Source: an uncultured Gemmatimonas sp.
GTDB lineage: Bacteria > Gemmatimonadota > Gemmatimonadetes > Gemmatimonadales > Gemmatimonadaceae
Assembly (NCBI GenBank): GCA_964577455.1
Contig: CAZNZG010000004.1
Span: forward strand, 1 to 42,840
Length of the DNA: 42,840 nt
Direction of reading: 5' to 3'
How positions within the stretch are numbered: the stretch's first letter is position 1; each line of letters begins with the position of its first letter. The position numbers were made by a program, and so were the translations under genes. This document shows positions 28,159-36,831 of this stretch, piece by piece. The notes under the pieces are model-generated. The model was not told where the DNA came from and did not search any database. It saw nothing but the letters and a program-made list of their open reading frames with translations.

Positions 28159-29648
28159 GGGCTGTCGTTTCGACGATCACGCGATGGGGCACCACCCGCG
28201 GAACGGCCCGCGCCGTTCGATCCGGCCGCCCCCCCGCCCGCTGGCCGCCGCGACCCGCCGCGACGACGGCGTGCGCCGCCGCCCGACACCGCTTCACCGG
28301 CCTGTGCCGTCGGCTTGCTTCCACCCTGCGGTCCGCGCGGTCCCTTCTCCGGCTTCGCGGCCTTGGTGGCCCGCCGCGCCGCCTCCGCCTCCTGCGCCGC
28401 CACACGACGGGCAGCCTTCTCGGCGGCACGCGCACGATCCTCTGCCTTCTTCTTCCGGATCTCGGCGATGCGTTCAGCGATCGGCACCTCGAGCTTCGCC
28501 TGGGGCTTGGCGGTGTAGTCGAAGTCGGGGACGGTCACGCGCGGGAGCGTCTTCTTGATGGCTCGCTCGATCGCCTTGAGCTCGCCCTCTTCCTCCGGGC
28601 TCACGAAGGTGAAGGCTTCACCCGTCGCTTCGGCGCGCGCAGTGCGCCCCACGCGATGGATATAGTCTTCCGATGCCACCGGCACGTCGAAGTTCACCAC
28701 ATGGCCGAGGGCTTCCACGTCGATGCCGCGGGCGGCGATGTCGGTGGCCACGAGCACCTGATAGGCACCGTCCTTGAAGCCGGCGAGGGCCTGGGTACGC
28801 TGGGCCTGCGAACGGTTGCCATGAATGCGCTCCGCCTTGATGCCGGCCGTCACGAGCTGGCTCGCCAGACGATTGGCGCGGTGCTTGGTGCGCGTGAACA
28901 CGAGGGCCTGCGGCATGTCGCCACGCTTGAGCAGCGCCACGAGCAACGCGCTCTTGAGGTCCTGCGACACGGGATACACCGCCTGCGTGATCCCCTTGGC
29001 CGGCGCGGCCTGACGCTGGAGGTTGAGCGTGGCGGGGTTGTGCAGCATCTCCTTGGTCAGTGCCGCGATCGGCGCCGGCATGGTGGCGCTGAAGAAGAGC
29101 GTCTGCCGCTTCCTCGTGGGGAGATGCCGCAGAATCTTCTTGATCTCGGGCAGGAAGCCCATGTCGAGCATGCGATCTGCTTCGTCGAGCACGAGGTACT
29201 CGAGGTGCTCGAGCTTCGCATACGGCTGACGGAAATGGTCGAGCAGGCGCCCCGGTGTGGCGATGATCACGTCGGCGCCGCTGCGGAATGCATGTTCCTG
29301 CGGCCCCATGCCCACGCCACCGAACACGGCGGCGCCCGTGAGCGGCGTGTGCGTGCACACGTCGTTGAGGCTGTCGAGAATCTGCGCCGCCAGTTCACGC
29401 GTGGGCGTGAGCACGAGCGCGCGCGTCTTGCCGCGCGGGCGCTCCATGAGCTGGTGCAGAATGGGAAGCAGGAAGGCGTACGTCTTGCCGCTGCCGGTCA
29501 TGGCGCAGGCAAGTACATCGCGCCCGTCCATGGCGGGCGGAATGGCCTCGCCCTGAATGGGTGTGGGGCGGGCGAAGCCAAGCTCCTTGAGCCCCTGCAG
29601 GAGACTCGGGTGGAGCTGGAGTGAAGCGAATGTCGGTGCAGCCGTCAC
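28149..29648 (-). CDS. rhlE: DEAD-box RNA helicase (RhlE-like)
   Basis: PTPIQ, AMTGSGKT, PTRELA, DEAD, SAT, ARGID, HRVGRTAR; basic Gly/Arg tail; GTG start 29648 inferred. Confidence 0.93.
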   Translation of the reverse strand: MTAAPTFASLQLHPSLLQGLKELGFARPTPIQGEAIPPAMDGRDVLACAMTGSGKTYAFLLPILHQLMERPRGKTRALVLTPTRELAAQILDSLNDVCTHTPLTGAAVFGGVGMGPQEHAFRSGADVIIATPGRLLDHFRQPYAKLEHLEYLVLDEADRMLDMGFLPEIKKILRHLPTRKRQTLFFSATMPAPIAALTKEMLHNPATLNLQRQAAPAKGITQAVYPVSQDLKSALLVALLKRGDMPQALVFTRTKHRANRLASQLVTAGIKAERIHGNRSQAQRTQALAGFKDGAYQVLVATDIAARGIDVEALGHVVNFDVPVASEDYIHRVGRTARAEATGEAFTFVSPEEEGELKAIERAIKKTLPRVTVPDFDYTAKPQAKLEVPIAERIAEIRKKKAEDRARAAEKAARRVAAQEAEAARRATKAAKPEKGPRGPQGGSKPTAQAGEAVSGGGARRRRGGSRRPAGGGAAGSNGAGRSAGGAPSRDRRNDSPYK

Positions 29649-29718
29649 GAAATGCCTTGGGAATATGTGTATGGCGAAAGCTCGCGGAACAGCGGGCTTC
29701 GCGCCATGCCCTGCGGAG

Positions 29719-31533
29719 TCAACCGGTCGCCGCGATCTCTTCGCCCGGGTTGATGAACTGGTCCTGTTCCAGCTGGAACTGCCGGTTGTACAGGTCCCGA
29801 TAGCGGCCACCCAGTGCGATCAGTTCCTGATGCGTGCCGCGCTCGACGATCTCGCCGTGCTCCAGCACGAGAATCTGATCAGCGCTGGTGATCGTACTGA
29901 GCCGGTGGGCAATCACGAAGGTGGTGCGCCCCGCGCGCAGACGACGGAGGCCTTCCTGAATGAGATGCTCGCTTTCGCTGTCGAGGCTGGAGGTGGCTTC
30001 ATCGAGAATGAGCACGCGCGGATCGGCGAGAATGGCACGGGCGATCGCCACACGCTGACGCTGGCCACCGGACAGCTTCACGCCGCGCTCACCCACGATC
30101 GTGTCATAGCCCTGTGGGAACTGCGAGATGAAGTCGTGCGCATTGGCGATCTTCGCGACCTGCACGATCTCCTCATCGGTCGCGCCCGGCTTGGTGAAGG
30201 CGATGTTCTCCTTCACCGTGCCGTCGAAAAGGAAGTTGTCCTGCATCACCACGCCGAGGTGCCGGCGGTAATCGCGCAGCTTGAGCTCGCTCACCGGTGT
30301 GCCGTCCACCTTGATATGCCCCTGCTGCGGCTGCGCGAACGCCATGATGAGGGAAATCATGGTGCTCTTGCCACTTCCGCTCGAGCCCACCAACGCGGTC
30401 GTGGTGCCGGCAGGCGCGGTGAACGACACATCCTTGAGCACCGGCACGCCCGGCTCGTACTCGAAGTGCACGTGATCGAACTCCACGCGCCCGACGACCG
30501 AGGGAACGGCGGCCTTGCTGGCATCTTCCTGGTCTTCCGTGGCCATATCGCGCAGTTCGCGGATGCGATCGAGCCCCGCGAACGCCTCGGTGATCTGCGT
30601 ACCGATGCTCGCGATGGAAATGAGCGGTGCCGTCACCATGCCGATGAAGATCACGAAGGTGAGCAGGCTGCCGAGGGTCATGCGGCCGCGCATCACGTCA
30701 CCGCCCCCCACGTACATCACGATCACGCCGATCACCCCCACCACGGCCAGACCAAGGGTGCCCGTGAGCGACGTCCCGGTGATGGTCTTCGCGATGTTCT
30801 CGAACAGCCGCTGCACGCCCTTGCCGAAGACCGCCTTTTCACGGTCTTCCGCCGTGTAGACCTTGATCAGGCGAATACCCCCGAGCGTTTCCGTGAGGCG
30901 ACCGGTGACCTCGGCCTGGATCACGCTGCGTTCGCGGAAGATGGGACGCAGGCGCTTGAAGGCGATGCTCATGCCCACCCCGAAGATGGCCAGCGGCAAC
31001 ACCGTGGCGAGCGTGAGCTTCCAGTTGAGATAGATCAGCACCGCCATCGCGCCGATGGCGCTCAGAATCCCGCCGGTGAGCTGAATGAGCCCCGTGCCGA
31101 TCAGGTTGCGGATCCCTTCGGGATCGCTCATCACCCGGTTCACCAGTACGCCGCTCTTGGTACTGTCGAAGTAGCGCACCGGGAGACGAATGAGATGCCC
31201 CTGCACCTCTTCCCGCAGCTGAGCGATCGCCTGCTGCGCCGCCACGCTCACCACCTGCGACAGCGCGAAGCCCGTGAGGACCTGCACGATCGTGGTCCCG
31301 AGGCCGACGAGCGCCACGATCCCCAGCAAACGCAGATCCTGTTTGGGGAGGACTTCGTCCAGCACGTACTTCGTGGAGTACGGCAGCACGAAGCTCGAGG
31401 AGCGGCTGATGAGCATCAGCACGAGGCCGATGCCCACCGACCGCTTGTGCTTGAGGATCAGGGCGCGCGCTTCACCCCACGCGCGCTTGCTGTCGTATTT
31501 GGGCTTCTTTCCGGCGGCTGTTGGAGGGACCAT
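29719..31533 (-). CDS. ABC exporter, fused permease and ATP-binding domains (MsbA/Sav1866-like)
   Basis: N-terminal TM domain; GSSGSGKS, LSGGQRQR, ILDEATS, IAHRL. Confidence 0.96.
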   Translation of the reverse strand: MVPPTAAGKKPKYDSKRAWGEARALILKHKRSVGIGLVLMLISRSSSFVLPYSTKYVLDEVLPKQDLRLLGIVALVGLGTTIVQVLTGFALSQVVSVAAQQAIAQLREEVQGHLIRLPVRYFDSTKSGVLVNRVMSDPEGIRNLIGTGLIQLTGGILSAIGAMAVLIYLNWKLTLATVLPLAIFGVGMSIAFKRLRPIFRERSVIQAEVTGRLTETLGGIRLIKVYTAEDREKAVFGKGVQRLFENIAKTITGTSLTGTLGLAVVGVIGVIVMYVGGGDVMRGRMTLGSLLTFVIFIGMVTAPLISIASIGTQITEAFAGLDRIRELRDMATEDQEDASKAAVPSVVGRVEFDHVHFEYEPGVPVLKDVSFTAPAGTTTALVGSSGSGKSTMISLIMAFAQPQQGHIKVDGTPVSELKLRDYRRHLGVVMQDNFLFDGTVKENIAFTKPGATDEEIVQVAKIANAHDFISQFPQGYDTIVGERGVKLSGGQRQRVAIARAILADPRVLILDEATSSLDSESEHLIQEGLRRLRAGRTTFVIAHRLSTITSADQILVLEHGEIVERGTHQELIALGGRYRDLYNRQFQLEQDQFINPGEEIAATG

Positions 31534-31556
31534 CCTCCAAACTTAGCCGTCCGGCT

Positions 31557-32231
31557 TCACGGTGCAGGCTTGGGGCGTACCCAGATGAGCCCGTCGGGAT
31601 CACGAAAGCGCAGCGCCGTCGTGGGCTCCTCGTCTGCGAGGAAGTCGAGACGCTTTTCGCCGAACATGTCACGATAGGTGACCTGCACCGATGTTTCCCG
31701 CCCGGCCGGCGCCGTCTCCACCGCCAGGATCGGGTAGCGCCCCTCATCGGCATTATCGAGGGTGAGCACCACGGTATCCGGGAGGAACTCGAGCGTCTGT
31801 CCCTCGTACCGCATGTACATCGTGGTCCATGACCCCAGAAGCCTCTCGGGCAAGGGGGCGTGCCCGGAGCTTGGGCGCAACAGGAGCGCCACGGTGATGA
31901 TGGCCACCAAACCGGCCGCCACGATCCCCATGAGGCGCGGCGTGACGATCGGCGCCAGCGTGCTCGCAGCAGCGGTCTTCGGGGAGGCCGGGCTCTCGGC
32001 CCGCGGCTTGCCCGACGGTTTTGCGGCAGCTTTGGTAGCAGGCTTCCCGGTGCTCTTCCCGGTGCTCTTGCCCGCACTCTTGCCGCTCGGCTTCCTGACC
32101 TGCGGGCGCGGCTTACTGGCCGGAAGGGGGGTCGGCTCGAGAACGAGATCGACCCACGGCTCCGGTTCGATGATGGGCAGGTCGTCGTCGCCTGCCGGAT
32201 GCGGCGTGGAATTCTGTACGGTGTGTCCCAT
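31557..32231 (-). CDS. Hypothetical single-pass membrane protein with a Lys/Pro/Ala-rich N-terminal region
   Basis: GKSx repeats, TM LMGIVAAGLVAIITVALLL, beta-rich C-terminal domain beginning LLGSWTT. Confidence 0.65.
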   Translation of the reverse strand: MGHTVQNSTPHPAGDDDLPIIEPEPWVDLVLEPTPLPASKPRPQVRKPSGKSAGKSTGKSTGKPATKAAAKPSGKPRAESPASPKTAAASTLAPIVTPRLMGIVAAGLVAIITVALLLRPSSGHAPLPERLLGSWTTMYMRYEGQTLEFLPDTVVLTLDNADEGRYPILAVETAPAGRETSVQVTYRDMFGEKRLDFLADEEPTTALRFRDPDGLIWVRPKPAP

Positions 32232-32349
32232 GAAGCGTCCGTGTCACAGAGGCATCTTCGCCTGAATGGCACCTTGGTCGTACCTGAGTGTCGGACGGTT
32301 CGAACGGAAGTTTAGTGGTTCATGAATGAGGCACCATCGATGGAGCAGG

Positions 32350-33327
32350 CTACATCGACCGCTGGACCAGCGCCTCGATCTGCCGGAGGTGCGCCGGGGT
32401 GGGGAGCCCCCCCCGCATCCCCAAGGTGGTGTCGTTCACGTACTTGACCTGTGCCGTTCCCGGAATCACGCAGGTCACGGCTGGATTGGCGACGATGTAT
32501 TTGAGGAACACCTGGGCCCAGCTCGCGGCGTCGAACTCCTTGGCCCACTCCGGTACCGGCGTCTGCAGTACGTTCTGGAAGACCCGCGTGCGCCCGAACG
32601 GCAGATTCACCAGGACCGCCACGCCCTTGTCCCTCGCGAGGGGGAGAATGCGCTCGGCGGCGTTGCGGTTGTCGGCCGCGTAGTCGATCTGGATGAAGTC
32701 GAGCGTCTCCGAGTGCATCAGCTGCTCGAGCGCCGGGTACTGCTGGTCGCTGCTGGTGGTGACCCCCACATAGCGAATCCGCTTCGCCGCCTTCATCTCG
32801 CGCAGCACCGGCAGCAACGGGGCGGTGCCGCCGAGATTCCACACCTGCATCAGATCGATGCGGTCGGTCTTGAGTCGACGGAACGACTCCTCGATCTGCG
32901 CCACACCGGGCGCCACGTCGGTGCCGCGCACCGACACCTTGGTGGCCAGGAACAGCTGGTCGCGAATGCCCAGCTCCGCCACCAGCTCGCCCGTCACGGT
33001 CTCTGCCTGCCCGTACCCCGGCGCCGTATCGATCACCTTGCCCCCCAGCTTGGGGAACTCGCGCAAGGTGTCCCGGAGCGGTGCCTTCTCCTCTGCGGTG
33101 GTCACGTCGTAGCGACGCGCGGTCCCGATACCGATCACCGGCAACCGCTCCCCACTGGAGGGAATGGCGCGGGTGATGAGGGGGCGCTGCGCCTGTCCGG
33201 CGAGGAGCATCGAATCGCTGCCAGCGCGCGACAGCGCGCGCAAGGCTGACGGCACGAGCATCGAACTCACGCCGAGACCGAGGCCAGTCCGAAGGAGGTC
33301 GCGGCGAGACAGAGAATCAGCAGACAT
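32350..33327 (-). CDS. Aldo/keto reductase with a twin-arginine signal peptide
   Basis: SRRDLL Tat motif; IDTAPGYG, LATKV, IDLMQVWN, IRYVGVT, VIPGT. Confidence 0.92.
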   Translation of the reverse strand: MSADSLSRRDLLRTGLGLGVSSMLVPSALRALSRAGSDSMLLAGQAQRPLITRAIPSSGERLPVIGIGTARRYDVTTAEEKAPLRDTLREFPKLGGKVIDTAPGYGQAETVTGELVAELGIRDQLFLATKVSVRGTDVAPGVAQIEESFRRLKTDRIDLMQVWNLGGTAPLLPVLREMKAAKRIRYVGVTTSSDQQYPALEQLMHSETLDFIQIDYAADNRNAAERILPLARDKGVAVLVNLPFGRTRVFQNVLQTPVPEWAKEFDAASWAQVFLKYIVANPAVTCVIPGTAQVKYVNDTTLGMRGGLPTPAHLRQIEALVQRSM

Positions 33328-33370
33328 GACGCTTGGAGTGAGTCGGGATGGAACGCGCGCCTGACCCCCG

Positions 33371-33925
33371 TCAGGGGAGAGGAACGTGGGGTGGTGCCTC
33401 CCGAAGCTGACGCCGTTCGATCTGCGGCGGTAGCCCTGCCGGGAAGCGCGACCAGGGGGCCAGCGCCTTGAAGTCCGTGGTGTGCCAGATGGCGCGGCGC
33501 GACTCGACGGTGGACGCCACGATCCCGGTAATGATCCACGTGGGCGCGGTGAGCACGAGATAGAAGCCGTGGCTGATCGTACTCAACGCCCCAAGCGCCG
33601 CCCACGTCGCGAGCCCCCCCGTGGACGGGCGGTAGCGCGTGAGCTCCACACGGTACACCGAATCGCGCGGAATGGCGTGCAGCGTATCCCGATGAATGGC
33701 GAACAGCGTGTCGCCCGCCGCGGCAAGCAGCTCACCGTACCGGTAGGCACCGTCCACGCGCCGGATCTCCACCCAGCTGCCCGATACCCGCGACGCAAGG
33801 GCACGAGGTCGGTCACGATACTCCAGCGGCGCAGAGCTCGACCGACACGCCGCAAGGCACAGCGACAGCGTCATGGAGCGCATCAGCAACCGTACCGCGC
33901 GTCCCGGAACCTCAGCGGAGGGCAT
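33371..33925 (-). CDS. Hypothetical lipoprotein with a C-terminal hydrophobic hairpin
   Basis: Lipobox LAAC; YGELLAA..DTL Sm-like segment; STISHGFYLVLTAPTWIITG; RFPAGLP; start could also be 33883. Confidence 0.65.
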   Translation of the reverse strand: MPSAEVPGRAVRLLMRSMTLSLCLAACRSSSAPLEYRDRPRALASRVSGSWVEIRRVDGAYRYGELLAAAGDTLFAIHRDTLHAIPRDSVYRVELTRYRPSTGGLATWAALGALSTISHGFYLVLTAPTWIITGIVASTVESRRAIWHTTDFKALAPWSRFPAGLPPQIERRQLREAPPHVPLP

Positions 33926-35543
33926 GGCGGCTCCCCCAGAAGCTGCGCTCCATCGTGGGTTCGAGTGCGGCAAACCGCGGGGCGAGTGCCTTCATGGCCC
34001 GGGCCGGGTCCGCCAGCAGCGCTGCGGCCGCCATGGGGTTTTCCTCGGCGAGCCATTCCTGCCGCATCCACTCGAGGTAGTAGCCACGGACCGCCACGAA
34101 GTAGCTGAGCTGCTGCGACGTACCGGGTTCCCGAACGGGTACCCGGTACTGCACGGCATAGCCGTCGCCGGGAGTGGTCGTGAGAAAACGCGTGCTGTCG
34201 CGCAACCGTTCGAGCGCCTCGGGGGCCGCGGTCGTGCCCCCGCGTTGCTCACGCAGCACGGTCACCGGCTGGAGCGCCCTCACCGTGGCAGGGCGCGAAA
34301 GCTCCGCCAGGGCCACCTGATCGATGCGCCATGCCCCCTTCGACAGTCGCAATCGCACACGGACGGGGCCGCTGTCACTGGCGCTGCGGGCCGGCAAGGG
34401 CAGCAACCGCACGTCGGCCGCCAGCGGACCGTGTTCGGCGGTGGTAGCCACGGTGCGCCACGTGCCATCGCGCTGCAGCTGCTGGACCTCGATGCCCCCG
34501 AGGGCATCCGACGCGAGCCGCGCCTGACGATGCGCCACGCTGTCGCCGCGTTCGAGGGCAGCGAACCAGCTGCCGGCGCTGCTGCCCAGCCAGGCGAGCG
34601 TCTGATAGAAGAGGAAGGTGCTCACGAGCGACTGCCGCGAACGCAGCACGAGACCGATCTGGGGCGCCCGCGTGGCCGGGAAGGTGACGTCTATCGTCTC
34701 GCGCGCCGCGAGATCACGCGGATCGACCGGCGTGGAGCGCTCGCCTCCCCCGGCCGCGCGCACGGCGTCGAGACAGCTGCCCTCGCTCGCCGCACAGTGC
34801 TGCGGTGCGAGCGTGCGCGATGCCAGCCAGAATGCCCCGGCCTCGGTCGCGTACACGCGCGATCCGGGCGCATGCTCGACGGCGAGCAGCGTCATGCTGC
34901 GGATGTTGTGCGTTTCGAGGGCTTCGTTGCGTACGTGTACCGTGGCCACCCCGTTCACCGCCACGAGCCCCGGTAGGGCATCCACATCGGTGGCCTCGAG
35001 CGAGGGCGACACGCTGCTCGAAAACGATTCGGCCTCGAGGGATCGCGCCGTGCCGTCGCCGACGTACAGCGTGGGGCACGAACCGAAGCAGGCCTTGGGG
35101 TTGGCGGCACAGGCCGCGGTGGCGCCGAGCGACACCCCGCTGACGACCGTCAACGCGGCCGAGGTGTGTTGCAGCACGCGATTGCTTTCGAACAGCACGA
35201 CCGAGTCGAGCGACAGGGTGTGCGTACTGCCGGTATCGAGGGGCTGTCGGTTCAGGTCGAACCGCTGCCCCGGACCGCTGACCGTGCGGGTGGCGCTGTC
35301 GATGATCCACGAGGTAAAGCGCACCACGTGGCCGCTGCGGGTGTGCGCCTTGAGGAAATCGGGGGCATTCGCGTACTCCACACTGGGGAGCACGGGACGC
35401 TCTCCGTCCGCCGTGGTGTCCGGGCGGTGCACCTGTCGTTGGACCGTCTGGAGACAGCCGCCGACGGTGGCCACCAGGACCACCAACGGCAACGGCAGGA
35501 CCTTTCGGAGCAGGGCACGCGAGGGGGACATCAGCCGCGTCAT
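33912..35543 (-). CDS. Hypothetical lipoprotein with a CxxNPKACFGSCPTLY motif
   Basis: Lipobox VGGC; long ORF with NEALETHNI and RGYYLEW segments; overlaps the next gene. Confidence 0.72.
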   Translation of the reverse strand: MTRLMSPSRALLRKVLPLPLVVLVATVGGCLQTVQRQVHRPDTTADGERPVLPSVEYANAPDFLKAHTRSGHVVRFTSWIIDSATRTVSGPGQRFDLNRQPLDTGSTHTLSLDSVVLFESNRVLQHTSAALTVVSGVSLGATAACAANPKACFGSCPTLYVGDGTARSLEAESFSSSVSPSLEATDVDALPGLVAVNGVATVHVRNEALETHNIRSMTLLAVEHAPGSRVYATEAGAFWLASRTLAPQHCAASEGSCLDAVRAAGGGERSTPVDPRDLAARETIDVTFPATRAPQIGLVLRSRQSLVSTFLFYQTLAWLGSSAGSWFAALERGDSVAHRQARLASDALGGIEVQQLQRDGTWRTVATTAEHGPLAADVRLLPLPARSASDSGPVRVRLRLSKGAWRIDQVALAELSRPATVRALQPVTVLREQRGGTTAAPEALERLRDSTRFLTTTPGDGYAVQYRVPVREPGTSQQLSYFVAVRGYYLEWMRQEWLAEENPMAAAALLADPARAMKALAPRFAALEPTMERSFWGSRHALR

Positions 35544-35856
35544 CGAGCACTCCAGCGATGGGTTGCAGGAAACTTCCCGCGCGCCGACCCGAATCGCCAT
35601 ACGTTGTGCGACGTAGACCGGATGAGGCTTCCGTCACACATCGCGCACACCACACCACCAGGATGGGGCCGGTAATCCCCTCGCGCGAACGGATGGGCAC
35701 GCCCCTGCGTTCATGTGGGTGGAGCGGCCCGGTCGTACCACCATTGGGCGTGCACCCGGGCCGGATACGGCTCGCGTGCGCACTGCCGGGCTGATTGGTC
35801 CCGCGCGGGCGTTTCCGGTAGCTTACCGGTCAGACCCGCTTCCCCATCGAATCTGC

Positions 35857-36825
35857 ATGTTCATACCTGACAAAGAGACGCTCGCGAAGGTCGAGGTGCT
35901 GGCCGACCTCGAACAGGACGTGGAGCAGCTCATGGCGAGCCATGAGTCGAAGCGCATCCTGTGGTTCCCCTCCGAGCTGCTGGCCCCTGCCCCCGACACC
36001 GATCCCGACGAGCACGTGAAGCTGCTCCGGGAGCGTGCGCGCGGCATCAGCATGCCCGCCCGTGTGGCGCTGGCACTCAATACACTGACCGAGGAAGGGC
36101 TGCCCCACTTCCATCGTCTCCTCGCCACCTATCTGGGCGGCGACACGTTCTGGGCGAAGTGGAACAACCTCTGGACGGCCGAGGAAGACCGGCATGGCGC
36201 CGTGCTGCATGACTATGCACACGACAGCCGCATCCTCGACAATCCGGTGCTCGAGCGCATGCAGTTCGAGTATCTCAAGGCGGGCTTCGAACCCGAATGG
36301 GACAAGGATCCCTATCGCGTTTTCGTCTACACGTCGCTGCAGGAGCGTGCCACGCAGGTGAGCCACGCCAACACCGGCAAGCTGGCCGGAGAGTACGAGC
36401 CGCTCATCGGCGAAGTGCTCGCCAACGTGGCCAAGGAAGAAGCGCGTCACTACGTGTTCTACCGCGAAATCTTCAAGCGTGTGCTCGAGCGCGATCCGAG
36501 CAACGCGATGGTCTCGGCCTCGCTCATCATGCCCAGCATCGACATGCCCGGCATCAGCATGCCGCACTTCCGGGAGATGGCCGACGTGATCCGTCGTGCG
36601 GGCATCTACGGCCCGCGCGACTACATCCGGATCGTCGAGGACCTCATCAAGTTCTGGGCGCTCGACAAGGTCGAGGGACTGAACGAGGCGGGCAAGAAGG
36701 CGCAGGAGAAGATCATGGCCATCACGGCGCGCCTCGAACGCGTGGCCGACATGATGGAAACGCGCAGCAAGGCGAAGACCTTCTCCTTCAACGTGGCGTT
36801 CGCGCGCGAATTCGCGATGGATTGA
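35857..36825 (+). CDS. Acyl-ACP desaturase (soluble di-iron, DesA/FA_desaturase_2 family)
   Basis: TEEGLPHF, WTAEEDRHG, YTSLQERATQVSH, EEARHY, MPG. Confidence 0.93.
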   Translation: MFIPDKETLAKVEVLADLEQDVEQLMASHESKRILWFPSELLAPAPDTDPDEHVKLLRERARGISMPARVALALNTLTEEGLPHFHRLLATYLGGDTFWAKWNNLWTAEEDRHGAVLHDYAHDSRILDNPVLERMQFEYLKAGFEPEWDKDPYRVFVYTSLQERATQVSHANTGKLAGEYEPLIGEVLANVAKEEARHYVFYREIFKRVLERDPSNAMVSASLIMPSIDMPGISMPHFREMADVIRRAGIYGPRDYIRIVEDLIKFWALDKVEGLNEAGKKAQEKIMAITARLERVADMMETRSKAKTFSFNVAFAREFAMD

Positions 36826-36831
36826 GCGCGG

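Noticed and set aside
26901-29624. 907-aa plus-strand ORF
   Set aside because: Off-frame within the GT-C gene and antisense to rhlE; no recognisable domain.
29557-31677. 706-aa plus-strand ORF
   Set aside because: Antisense mirror of the ABC exporter.
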